Shown here in pieces: positions 1 to 8,945 of a stretch of DNA of 64,000 nt (positions are counted from its first letter, which is position 1; each line of letters opens with the position of its first letter). The notes under the pieces are model-generated. The model did not search any database, was not told the origin of the DNA, and saw nothing but the letters and a program-made list of their open reading frames with translations. Position numbers and translations under genes: made by a program. The DNA comes from a virus (lineage: Duplodnaviria > Heunggongvirae > Uroviricota > Caudoviricetes), in the IMG/VR virus record IMGVR_UViG_3300031414_000001, positions 112,437 to 176,436 of that record; one strand, given 5' to 3'.

Positions 1-1
1 T

Positions 2-1702
2 GGTTATGATGAAGATACTGGTGCTCCAACCACTATGAAATCTCTTAACCGTAAATGGGGCGTTCGCTTGAATACTATTCAAGGAACTGCATCTCAAAGT
101 GGTGGAGCTATTACATACACACTATCATTGAGTAGTACTCGTGGTGGTATGATGGAAAACAAAGACTGGACTCTTAAAGAACCTTACACATGTACTACGG
201 GTACATTTGGTGAATTCATTCAACAACTTCAAGACCATATGAATAAGGTAGCAACTGACCAATACGGTTATTTGCGTTATCGTTATGATGCTTTTTCTAA
301 CGATGAATATTTTAAAATGATTCTTCCGACTGAACTTGCTAACATGACTATTAACTACGACTCAAAACAAAGTCCAGAAGTTAATCAATCAAAAAATGGT
401 TCAAGTGGTGCTAAAGACTTTACTTGGGGTGCTGATGTTCCGGTATCTCGTGTAATTGATGATGTTCTAGACTGTTGTATGCCATTACATGAAAGTACTG
501 ATAAGCGTCGTAACTTTGTTAACATTATTCCGGTATCTAGATATGTTGGATATGATCCAATTCGAGATACTAGTGCTTATAAGAACTTTTTCTATATATT
601 GAAATACAAAATTGGTGATGTAACATCAAAAGATGATTTAATGCCAGAATCTTTTAACCTTCAGTACTTCTATGATAACGCAGATAAAATCAATGATGCT
701 TCTGATGGTGATAAACCTAAAATTAATGGTAAGCGTTATGACTATCAATTTAGTGGTCTTAATACTGAAATCTTAAACTTAGATATTAAGTACGACCAAG
801 GATTTAATATCGCGGTTACTCGTAACCCACAATCACAGATTGATAAGCAGAATAGTACTGGTACGCACGTTGCCGAAACATTAGAACTAGCTGGACAAGA
901 ATATAGTACTGCTGATACACAAACTCTATGGGCTAAATCTCAAGAGCTAGTTAATAAGCAAAAATCTGGTCAAGAGTTGACGGACGAAGAAAAACAATTT
1001 GTTCGTGATGCACAAGGTGTTTCCGCTACTAGAGTAATGCCAACTGAAGGTGAAGAAGACCAAAGTAATACTAACTTGTCGATTGCTCCAGCGTTACCAT
1101 CATATATTGAAGATTTTCGTAATACAATAGATGTTGGTGTTGAAGGTACTAATGGTATAGGTACGCCTAGAGTTGATAGTGTTCCAACTGAACCTACAAA
1201 CATCGGTAAAACTAACTCCGGTGCTAAGGGCGACAACAGTTCCGATGATGAATTACAACGTCGCTTAATTCGAGACAACTATTATAACCGTTCATTCTTA
1301 GGTAAACTGGATATTAAAGTTGTTGGTGATCCATTCTGGTTAGGATGGGGAGATTATTCATACGTTCGTTATCTTGATAGAGCGGCACGTGGTGAAGACA
1401 TTAATCCAAGTCCTGAAGATAGACACTTTGCGAATTATATGACAACTGAAACATATTTGCTTTTAAATTTAAAACCGATTGTCGCTATTAGTGATGATAC
1501 TGGTATTTTGGAAGTGAATCAGAAATCAGTATTCAATCAAAACTTCTATCGCGTTAACAAAGTTGTTAGCGAATTCAGTAGTAACGGTTCATTTACTCAG
1601 CAATTATCTGCTGGTTTAGTAATTCGTTCATTACGTAATAAAGATCAACAAACAACTGGTACGCAGTCAGCGGAATCAGTTAAGAAAGACGGGAAACAAT
1701 AA
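2..1702 (+). CDS. Baseplate hub-region structural protein (5'-truncated by window)
   Basis: Frame is open from nt 2. C-terminal 'LDIKVVGDPFWL...FYRVNKVVSEFS.NGSFTQQL' resembles phage hub/late-control proteins. Lies directly upstream of the gp5-like gene (TAATG overlap). Confidence 0.6.
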   Translation, partial: GYDEDTGAPTTMKSLNRKWGVRLNTIQGTASQSGGAITYTLSLSSTRGGMMENKDWTLKEPYTCTTGTFGEFIQQLQDHMNKVATDQYGYLRYRYDAFSNDEYFKMILPTELANMTINYDSKQSPEVNQSKNGSSGAKDFTWGADVPVSRVIDDVLDCCMPLHESTDKRRNFVNIIPVSRYVGYDPIRDTSAYKNFFYILKYKIGDVTSKDDLMPESFNLQYFYDNADKINDASDGDKPKINGKRYDYQFSGLNTEILNLDIKYDQGFNIAVTRNPQSQIDKQNSTGTHVAETLELAGQEYSTADTQTLWAKSQELVNKQKSGQELTDEEKQFVRDAQGVSATRVMPTEGEEDQSNTNLSIAPALPSYIEDFRNTIDVGVEGTNGIGTPRVDSVPTEPTNIGKTNSGAKGDNSSDDELQRRLIRDNYYNRSFLGKLDIKVVGDPFWLGWGDYSYVRYLDRAARGEDINPSPEDRHFANYMTTETYLLLNLKPIVAISDDTGILEVNQKSVFNQNFYRVNKVVSEFSSNGSFTQQLSAGLVIRSLRNKDQQTTGTQSAESVKKDGKQ

Positions 1703-4401
1703 TGGCATCTCAACAACCTAATGGTTCAGGTACTAGTAATAGTATGGCTTATGCTAAGAACCAGGCCGCTCGTTTTAATCCACAATTTGTACAATTAGCT
1801 ACAGTGATGGATAACCGAGATCCTACCAGAACTGGTAAATTAAAAGTTTGGGTTCAGAATTCACAATCTGATTCTGACTCTAAAGGTTCATGGTTAACAG
1901 CATCCTATCTATCACCATTTGCTGGGAGAACTCCTGGTACACCTGGTGCTGAATCTTATTCACAATTCCCCAAAGGCTACGGCTTTTGGGCTGTTCCACC
2001 AGATGTGGGAACTACTGTTGCGATATTCTTCGCAAATGGTAACATTCACGATTGCTGGTGGTTCGCATGTGGTTATGATGACCGCATGAATACAATGGTT
2101 CCTGGTAGTGCGACACAAACACTACCGAACAGTGGCTATGACATGGCAGTACCTATTACTGACTATGACCGTAACACATTACAAACAGAAATGGATCAGA
2201 AATATGTCAACGTACCGTTGGTTGCTGGTCTAACAAAACAAAATTTGCTATACGATCAACAAAAAGGTGCTGCGAACCGTTCAAGTACTCGTCAAACTAC
2301 CAGTACTGTTTATGGTATGTCCTCACCACGTGGTAATAGTTTTATTATTGATGATGGTTATACTGATGCTGAATTAACAGCACCAAATTGGGATCAAGAT
2401 CCTGATTCATACCAAAACACACAATTAGGAAACGCAGTAAATGACACTACCGTTGGTCAACGTAAAAATGAAGGTATCGTTCTACGTACTCGTAGTGGTG
2501 CTCAATTCTTACTATCAGAAGACCAAGGAAACGTGTTCTTGATTAACCGTGATGGTACAGCACGTTTTGAAATGACTCCAGACGGACAAATTACTGTTCA
2601 CTCTGATAAGAGTATTACTATCCGTACAGATGAAGATTTCAATTTAACTGTAGCAAGGGATATGAACGTTGAAATTGGTGGCAATTTTAATATGCATACT
2701 CAAGGTGCTTCTAAATTAAATTTAGTTGGTTCTCTAGACGTTAAAGTTGATGGTCAGGTTGTTATTAACACTGGTGCTGATTTGCGTTTAGTTGCTTCAG
2801 CAAGTATTCGTGTTCAATCTGGTTCAAGTACTAATATTACTTCTGGTTCTAACACTGCTATTACAGCTTCCAGTACTGTTGATATTACTGGTACATCAGT
2901 TAATCTTACTGGTGGTGGAAATAACTTCACAGTTAAAGGTGGAAGCACAGCTAGTTCCGCAGTTGTTGGTGCTCCAGACTTCCAAACTCCAAGTGTTGGT
3001 TTAGTGAATCACATTCACACTCACCAACAATTTAGTTCACCTACAAGTCACAGTGATGCTATGAATCCTCCGGTTCAAGGTGGTGGTTCTTCTTCTGCTT
3101 CAGCAGCAGCTTCCGCTGAACCTGCCGATGACGTTGCGGCTCAAACTCCGACTGTACAACAACAAGAAACAGTACAGCATATTAACAGCACGAGCGAGGT
3201 TGGTCAAGTACTAACGCAAGATTTAGTCGTGTCTGATGGCGGTGAGGATGACACTACGGTGCAATCTTATACTACTACATATGAAGGTTTACAATTATTC
3301 ATGCCAGTTACCGGAACCATTCGTGAATTTGGATATTGGGGTAAAGGTGTTCCAACTCAAAGTGGAAGTACTACAAATCGCAATGGTTGGATTATTCAAG
3401 CTAAGGGTGATGTAGTTGCTCCAGAAGGTGGATTAATAACTAAGATGGGTAATGGTGGTGTTATTATTACACACCCAATTGGGTATAAATCTATTTTCTA
3501 TGATATTGATGTAACCGTTAATAACAAAGATACAGTAACTAAAGGTCAGAAAATTGGTACAGCTAATGGTGTATTTGAATTTGAAATTCGTTTAGTCTCA
3601 GCAAATATCTATGGTTGGAGTGGTACAGTTGATCCTGGATTATTCTACAGTACTGTAACAGGTAAAGGTGCTGATTGTGCTAACAAGAGTTTAACTATTG
3701 GTAAGCCATCGAATCCAAATCCAAAACCAGCGTCATCATATTCAGAAAACAGTACAGACCTAGTTGTTATTACAAGTGTAGGAAGTATTGGTTCAGGATA
3801 TTCACAACGTGGTTCCATGCATGTGCCTAGAAAGACAAGTACTACAAAACGTAATTCAAATTCATCAGCTAATGTTCCAGCAGAAGATTTATCAAGTCTA
3901 GATAAGACAGCAGTCGATTGGAAGGTTGTAGCTTCTGATAGTAAATTACTTGAAGAAGTTAAAGAGTTCGAAGGTACTATTCAGTACCAGACAGCCGTTG
4001 GATATTATCGTAATGGTAGATTCTGGATCTATAAAGATAGCTTAGGTTATCCAACAATTGGTTATGGACATTTGATTACAGCATCCGATAACTTTGCTGG
4101 TGGTATTGATGAAGCTCAGGCTGATGCTTTGCTACAAAAAGACTTAGTTCGTACTGTACGTGACGCACAATCACTTTATGCTCAGTATAATATGAAAACA
4201 CCGTACATTTGTCAAATCGTTTTGACAGAAATGTGTTTCCAAATGGGTAAAGGAAAAGTAGCTAAATTCAAGAATACATTACAAGCAATGGCGAACGGTG
4301 ACTATAAAGGTGCTGCCGCAGGTATTCGAAACTCAGCTTGGTATAGACAAACAACTCGTCGTGCTGAAATTATGGCTCGTCGTGTAGAGTCCTGCCAATA
4401 A
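1702..4401 (+). CDS. gp5-like baseplate hub/central spike with degenerate M23 domain and C-terminal T4-type lysozyme
   Basis: N-terminal OB-fold motif 'DNRDPTRTGKLKVWV...GFWAVPPDVGTTVAIFFANG'; beta-helix repeats; HIHTH; C-terminal 'FEG...YKDSLGYPTIGYGHL...MCFQMG...SAWYRQTTRRA'. Confidence 0.85.
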   Translation: MASQQPNGSGTSNSMAYAKNQAARFNPQFVQLATVMDNRDPTRTGKLKVWVQNSQSDSDSKGSWLTASYLSPFAGRTPGTPGAESYSQFPKGYGFWAVPPDVGTTVAIFFANGNIHDCWWFACGYDDRMNTMVPGSATQTLPNSGYDMAVPITDYDRNTLQTEMDQKYVNVPLVAGLTKQNLLYDQQKGAANRSSTRQTTSTVYGMSSPRGNSFIIDDGYTDAELTAPNWDQDPDSYQNTQLGNAVNDTTVGQRKNEGIVLRTRSGAQFLLSEDQGNVFLINRDGTARFEMTPDGQITVHSDKSITIRTDEDFNLTVARDMNVEIGGNFNMHTQGASKLNLVGSLDVKVDGQVVINTGADLRLVASASIRVQSGSSTNITSGSNTAITASSTVDITGTSVNLTGGGNNFTVKGGSTASSAVVGAPDFQTPSVGLVNHIHTHQQFSSPTSHSDAMNPPVQGGGSSSASAAASAEPADDVAAQTPTVQQQETVQHINSTSEVGQVLTQDLVVSDGGEDDTTVQSYTTTYEGLQLFMPVTGTIREFGYWGKGVPTQSGSTTNRNGWIIQAKGDVVAPEGGLITKMGNGGVIITHPIGYKSIFYDIDVTVNNKDTVTKGQKIGTANGVFEFEIRLVSANIYGWSGTVDPGLFYSTVTGKGADCANKSLTIGKPSNPNPKPASSYSENSTDLVVITSVGSIGSGYSQRGSMHVPRKTSTTKRNSNSSANVPAEDLSSLDKTAVDWKVVASDSKLLEEVKEFEGTIQYQTAVGYYRNGRFWIYKDSLGYPTIGYGHLITASDNFAGGIDEAQADALLQKDLVRTVRDAQSLYAQYNMKTPYICQIVLTEMCFQMGKGKVAKFKNTLQAMANGDYKGAAAGIRNSAWYRQTTRRAEIMARRVESCQ

Positions 4402-4433
4402 ATACTTGTACTGATTAATTCAGGAGGTATTAA

Positions 4434-4922
4434 ATGAGTAATTGGGTATTAACAAGTTCAGATCCTGGTCTTTTAAATGATATTAAAAACTTTGAAGGTA
4501 CAATTGCGTATCAAACAAAAGTTGGTTATTATAAAGATGGTAAATTCTGGACATATAAAGATAGCTTAGGTTATCCAACAATTGGGTATGGACATTTGAT
4601 TTTGACTGGTGAAGATTTTAAACAAGGTCTAAACGAAAGTCAAGCAAATACCTTACTAGCTAAGGATCTCGCATCTAAAGTAGCTGATGCTAAATCACTA
4701 TATGAACAATATGGTATGAAGGGTGGAATTGCTCTACAAAAAGTTTTAACTCAAATGGTATTCCAAATGGGTAAACCAAGAGTATCGCAATTCAAAAATG
4801 CTCTAACTGCTATGGGTAAAGGTGATTATAAGCTTGCTGCTAAAGAGATGCGTAATTCTAATTGGTATAAACAAACTACATCTCGTGCTGAAACACTAGC
4901 TCGAATTGTAGAATCACTATAA
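4434..4922 (+). CDS. Stand-alone T4-type (GH24) lysozyme
   Basis: FEG...YKDSLGYPTIGYGHL, MVFQMG and SNWYKQTTSRA motifs; AGGAGGT SD. Confidence 0.9.
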   Translation: MSNWVLTSSDPGLLNDIKNFEGTIAYQTKVGYYKDGKFWTYKDSLGYPTIGYGHLILTGEDFKQGLNESQANTLLAKDLASKVADAKSLYEQYGMKGGIALQKVLTQMVFQMGKPRVSQFKNALTAMGKGDYKLAAKEMRNSNWYKQTTSRAETLARIVESL

Positions 4923-4932
4923 GGAATAACAG

Positions 4933-5322
4933 ATGGCAGTTATATTCAAAGGTTTTGCTTCTCCTATTGTGGGGAAGACTCAAGTACTTTATGATATTGA
5001 CATTGTTCGTCAAGACTTACTAAATCACTTTAACACTCGTAAGGGTGAACGTGTAATGGATGTTGAGTACGGTTTTATTGGTTGGGACTTGCTTTTCGAA
5101 ATCGACAGACCTGGGAACTCTCAACTTCTAGAAGCTGACGTTCGTCGTATTGTAGCACTTGATCCTCGTTTACAATTGCTATCTGTAACCGTATCAAGTG
5201 TAGAGTATGGTTATCGAATAGATCTTTCTCTCTATTATGTCCAATTGGAAGCAGTAGAAGATTTAGAACTGGTATTTGATAACAGATCACAACAAAGAAT
5301 GGCGTTTGTTAACGCTGCTTAA
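4933..5322 (+). CDS. Baseplate wedge subunit, gp25-like
   Basis: 'DLLNHFNTRKGERVMDVEYG...LLFE...DPRL' gp25 signature. Confidence 0.9.
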   Translation: MAVIFKGFASPIVGKTQVLYDIDIVRQDLLNHFNTRKGERVMDVEYGFIGWDLLFEIDRPGNSQLLEADVRRIVALDPRLQLLSVTVSSVEYGYRIDLSLYYVQLEAVEDLELVFDNRSQQRMAFVNAA

Positions 5323-5331
5323 ATAAAGTTT

Positions 5332-5360
5332 AAAGGCATCCTCTGGATGCCTTTTCTTTT
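5332..5360 (+). terminator. Intrinsic terminator
   Basis: aaaggcatcc-tct-ggatgccttt followed by T-tract. Confidence 0.85.
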
Positions 5361-5401
5361 GGATAAATATTTCTATATTATTATATGAGGTGTATAAAAA
5401 C

Positions 5402-8400
5402 ATGGCACAACAAAAACGACAATCCAATTTGTATGCTGCTGAAGATTGGCAACAAGTATATGAGTCATTTGCTCAAATCAACTTGACTGCTTATGACTTC
5501 GATACAATTCGTGAAAGTATGGTTAACTATCTTCGTCTAACATATCCTGATTCATTTAATGACTGGATTGAAAACGACGAGTTCATTTTTATTCTGGATA
5601 CAATCGCATTGATTGGACAGAACTTAGCATTCCGTATGGACTTGAACAGCCGTGAGAACTTTCTCGATACAGCAGAGCGTAGAGCTTCAGTACTGAAATT
5701 GGCTAAGATGATTTCTTATGCACCAAAACGTGCATACCCAGGACGTGGCATAGCAAAAGTTATGACAGTCAAAACAAACCAGGATATTAAAAACAGCTTC
5801 GGTCAGTCTTTAAAGAACCAACTAGTACGTTGGAATGATCCAAGCGATAATAACTGGTACGAGAACTTTATTCTTGTAATGAACAGTGTTCTTATTGATA
5901 CAAACCAATTTGGTGATCCAATTAAGAAAGTAACTGTTAATGGTGTTTCAAACCAATTGTATCAAATGAATACAATTCCTATGAGTGCTCCTAATATTCC
6001 GTTCACCGTGAACATTAATGGTGTTTCAACTCCATTTGAAGTTGTTAACCCTGATATTACAAGTACTGGTACTGTTTCTGAACGCCATCCACAGCCACAA
6101 GAGCAAAAACATATTATCTATCGTAATGATGGTAATGGATTTGATTCTCCATATACTGGATTCTTTGTTTACTTTAAACAAGGTAACTTATCTTTCACTG
6201 ATTTTGAATATGACCAACGTATTGAAAGCCGTGTACAAGATTTGAATACTAATAACATCAATGAGATTGATGTATGGGTACAAGAAATTACAGATGATGG
6301 TTTAGTACGTACTAAATGGACACGTGTTCCAGCAATTGAATCAATTTCATATAACTCAGTAGATCGTAAACAAAAAAGTATCTTCTCAGTAACTACTCGT
6401 GATAACGACCAGATTACAATTAAATTCCCCGACGCTCGTTCCGGTCAAGTTCCTCGTGGTTCTTATCGTTTCTGGTACAGGGTTAGTAATGGTGAAACTT
6501 ATACCATTAAAACAACAGATATTCAAAATAAGTCTATCAAGTACACATATCGTACCAATACACAATCCGAATTTGAATCAAGTACTTTGGATATTCAATT
6601 TAGTCTTCAATTCCAGTCATCACTAGCTCAGTCTCGTGAAACAATTGAACAAATTAAAGAACGTGCTCCACAATTGTACTACACTCAGAACCGTTTCGTC
6701 AATGGTGAAGATTATAATATCGCACCACTAATGTTAGGTAACACTGTACTGAAAGCAAAAGCAATTAACCGTATCTATTCCGGTCAATCACGCTTCATTG
6801 ATATTAATGACCCAACAGGTAAGTACCAAAACACTGATGTATTCACTGATGATGGAGCAATCTATCGTGATACCATCCAGGCAAGTAATTCAGTACTTCT
6901 ACCGACTGCGAAATCTAATACAGCAATCGTAATTGATAGTATTCAACCATTAATTGGTGATAATGCTGTTATTCAGTTGTATCAAGAGTTCCCAACAAAT
7001 ACAGTTATCATTAGTAATAACCAACAATGGATTCCAGAGTTCAATTCTAGCTATTCTTCTAACACTTATGGTAGAATTATGGTAGGAAGTACTGTTGTTT
7101 CTTATGATATTGGTACAATTATCAATTTCCCAACTGCTTCAGGTGTAGATATTTGGACTTCTGTAGTTGACACTACATCAGATGGTTATCTAGTACTATC
7201 AATGCCAATTAATAGTAATCAGTCAGCAACAGAATTCATTAAACCGTTCCGTGTTAAGTTTTCTAACGTTGAAGTTCAAACAATTGCTTCTGAATTAGAT
7301 AAAAAGACTGATTTTGTATTGATTTATGATCCTAATACCCTAACATGGATTCCAATTGAAGGAACCTACACTACTGATACTATAGAATACAATAATGTTG
7401 CTTATCCTATCCTTATTAACGTTTCTTATACCTCTGAGTCATGGGAATTTGTTAGTAATGGGGTGAACTACATCTTTGTTGGTGGAGAAAAGGTTCGTTT
7501 CTACTTCGTTAGTACTGAAAACATCAGTGATATTAGTACTGGTACTGTACAATCGGATAAAATTGACATTCTATCATATAACTCGAACTATACCAATAAC
7601 AATGGTTACACTGATGATGAATCATTCCAAATTATTGAGACTGTAAATCAGGAAAATGGTTATATTGATGGTTCTCGTGTAATTATCACAAGTTCTTCTC
7701 GTGATACTAATGGTATTCCTCTGAATCCTAATCAGTTCAGAAACATTGTACCTACATTAACTGGTACAAATAAGACAAAATATGAACAATGGCTTGTATT
7801 CCATGAAAATACGGACTTTACGATTGATATGATCGATCCAACTGGTTCCGATTTCACATTATTGGACAGTACTTGGACATATACGTTAACTGATGCTAAC
7901 TCTGAGACAATTGCGTATCGTAAAGCTGCATTACTTCGTAATGTTAACATGCGTAGCACTAATATTTCAGCACTTTTGAACAAAGGAACTGGTTTTGTTA
8001 TTGGTTTTGAGTTAGATGGTTCTGATTATTTTGTACAACAGACTGTTGGTAATAACAATGACCGTATGAACAACTTCTTGTCTAACATGACATTAAGTAC
8101 AGACCAGAATCCAATCACTCCTGAGCAAGCATTTAAACGTGCTATTGACAATATGAGTTCTGATACTGCTGATGAATCAGTAAAATTAGATTATTATGGT
8201 TATAAGGATGTGAGTACTGACTACTTTATCAAGAAAGATGCTCGTGTAGATATTAATTATCATTGGAAACACTATGCTCCAGACGATAATCGTATTGACC
8301 CAAGTAGAACTAACTTGATTGATATGTATGTTCTTACAAGTTCTTACAAAGAAGCAGTTGATATATGGCTTAAACAAGCAAATGGTTCTGAATTCCCTAA

Positions 8401-8866
8401 ACCACCTACTAGTGTTGAACTAAAAGAGATGTTTACGGATGTTGAGAATAAGATTGTAGTGAGTGATAGTATGATTTGGCATAGTGCTACGTACTTAAAA
8501 CTGTTTGGTGATACTGCTGATGCAGATTATCGTGCGGATTTCAAAGTAATTAAGCTTGCTAACAGTACTTTGAGTGATGACGAGATTCGTCAGAAGGTAA
8601 TTTCACTAACCAATGACTTCTTTAGTGTAGATAATTGGGATTTCGGTGAAAGCTTCTACTATACTGAACTAGCAACCTATATTCATATTAACTTAAGTAC
8701 AGAAATTGCTTCTGTTGTTATCGTTCCACAAAATCCAAGCTCTAAATTTGGTGAATTGTTCGAGATACCAAGTGCTTCAGACCAATTGTTTGTAAGTACT
8801 GCGACAGTTGATAACGTTATTATCGTGAACTCTCTAGCGAAAAGTAACATCAATATTGGCAAATAA
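5402..8866 (+). CDS. Baseplate wedge protein, gp6-like
   Basis: 'YDFDTIRESMVNYL...ENFLDTAERRASVLKLAKMISY' and 'ETIEQIKERAPQLYYTQNRFVNGEDY' match gp6 motifs; ATG at 5402. Confidence 0.85.
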   Translation: MAQQKRQSNLYAAEDWQQVYESFAQINLTAYDFDTIRESMVNYLRLTYPDSFNDWIENDEFIFILDTIALIGQNLAFRMDLNSRENFLDTAERRASVLKLAKMISYAPKRAYPGRGIAKVMTVKTNQDIKNSFGQSLKNQLVRWNDPSDNNWYENFILVMNSVLIDTNQFGDPIKKVTVNGVSNQLYQMNTIPMSAPNIPFTVNINGVSTPFEVVNPDITSTGTVSERHPQPQEQKHIIYRNDGNGFDSPYTGFFVYFKQGNLSFTDFEYDQRIESRVQDLNTNNINEIDVWVQEITDDGLVRTKWTRVPAIESISYNSVDRKQKSIFSVTTRDNDQITIKFPDARSGQVPRGSYRFWYRVSNGETYTIKTTDIQNKSIKYTYRTNTQSEFESSTLDIQFSLQFQSSLAQSRETIEQIKERAPQLYYTQNRFVNGEDYNIAPLMLGNTVLKAKAINRIYSGQSRFIDINDPTGKYQNTDVFTDDGAIYRDTIQASNSVLLPTAKSNTAIVIDSIQPLIGDNAVIQLYQEFPTNTVIISNNQQWIPEFNSSYSSNTYGRIMVGSTVVSYDIGTIINFPTASGVDIWTSVVDTTSDGYLVLSMPINSNQSATEFIKPFRVKFSNVEVQTIASELDKKTDFVLIYDPNTLTWIPIEGTYTTDTIEYNNVAYPILINVSYTSESWEFVSNGVNYIFVGGEKVRFYFVSTENISDISTGTVQSDKIDILSYNSNYTNNNGYTDDESFQIIETVNQENGYIDGSRVIITSSSRDTNGIPLNPNQFRNIVPTLTGTNKTKYEQWLVFHENTDFTIDMIDPTGSDFTLLDSTWTYTLTDANSETIAYRKAALLRNVNMRSTNISALLNKGTGFVIGFELDGSDYFVQQTVGNNNDRMNNFLSNMTLSTDQNPITPEQAFKRAIDNMSSDTADESVKLDYYGYKDVSTDYFIKKDARVDINYHWKHYAPDDNRIDPSRTNLIDMYVLTSSYKEAVDIWLKQANGSEFPKPPTSVELKEMFTDVENKIVVSDSMIWHSATYLKLFGDTADADYRADFKVIKLANSTLSDDEIRQKVISLTNDFFSVDNWDFGESFYYTELATYIHINLSTEIASVVIVPQNPSSKFGELFEIPSASDQLFVSTATVDNVIIVNSLAKSNINIGK

Positions 8867-8867
8867 C

Positions 8868-8897
8868 AAAAAGGGCATCTTCGGATGCCCTTTATAT
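8868..8897 (+). terminator. Intrinsic terminator with cUUCGg tetraloop
   Basis: aaagggcatc-ttcg-gatgcccttt. Confidence 0.85.
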
Positions 8898-8945
8898 TGC
8901 CATAAATAAAACAAATGAGAAAAAGAATTTTTATTGGAGAATAAA

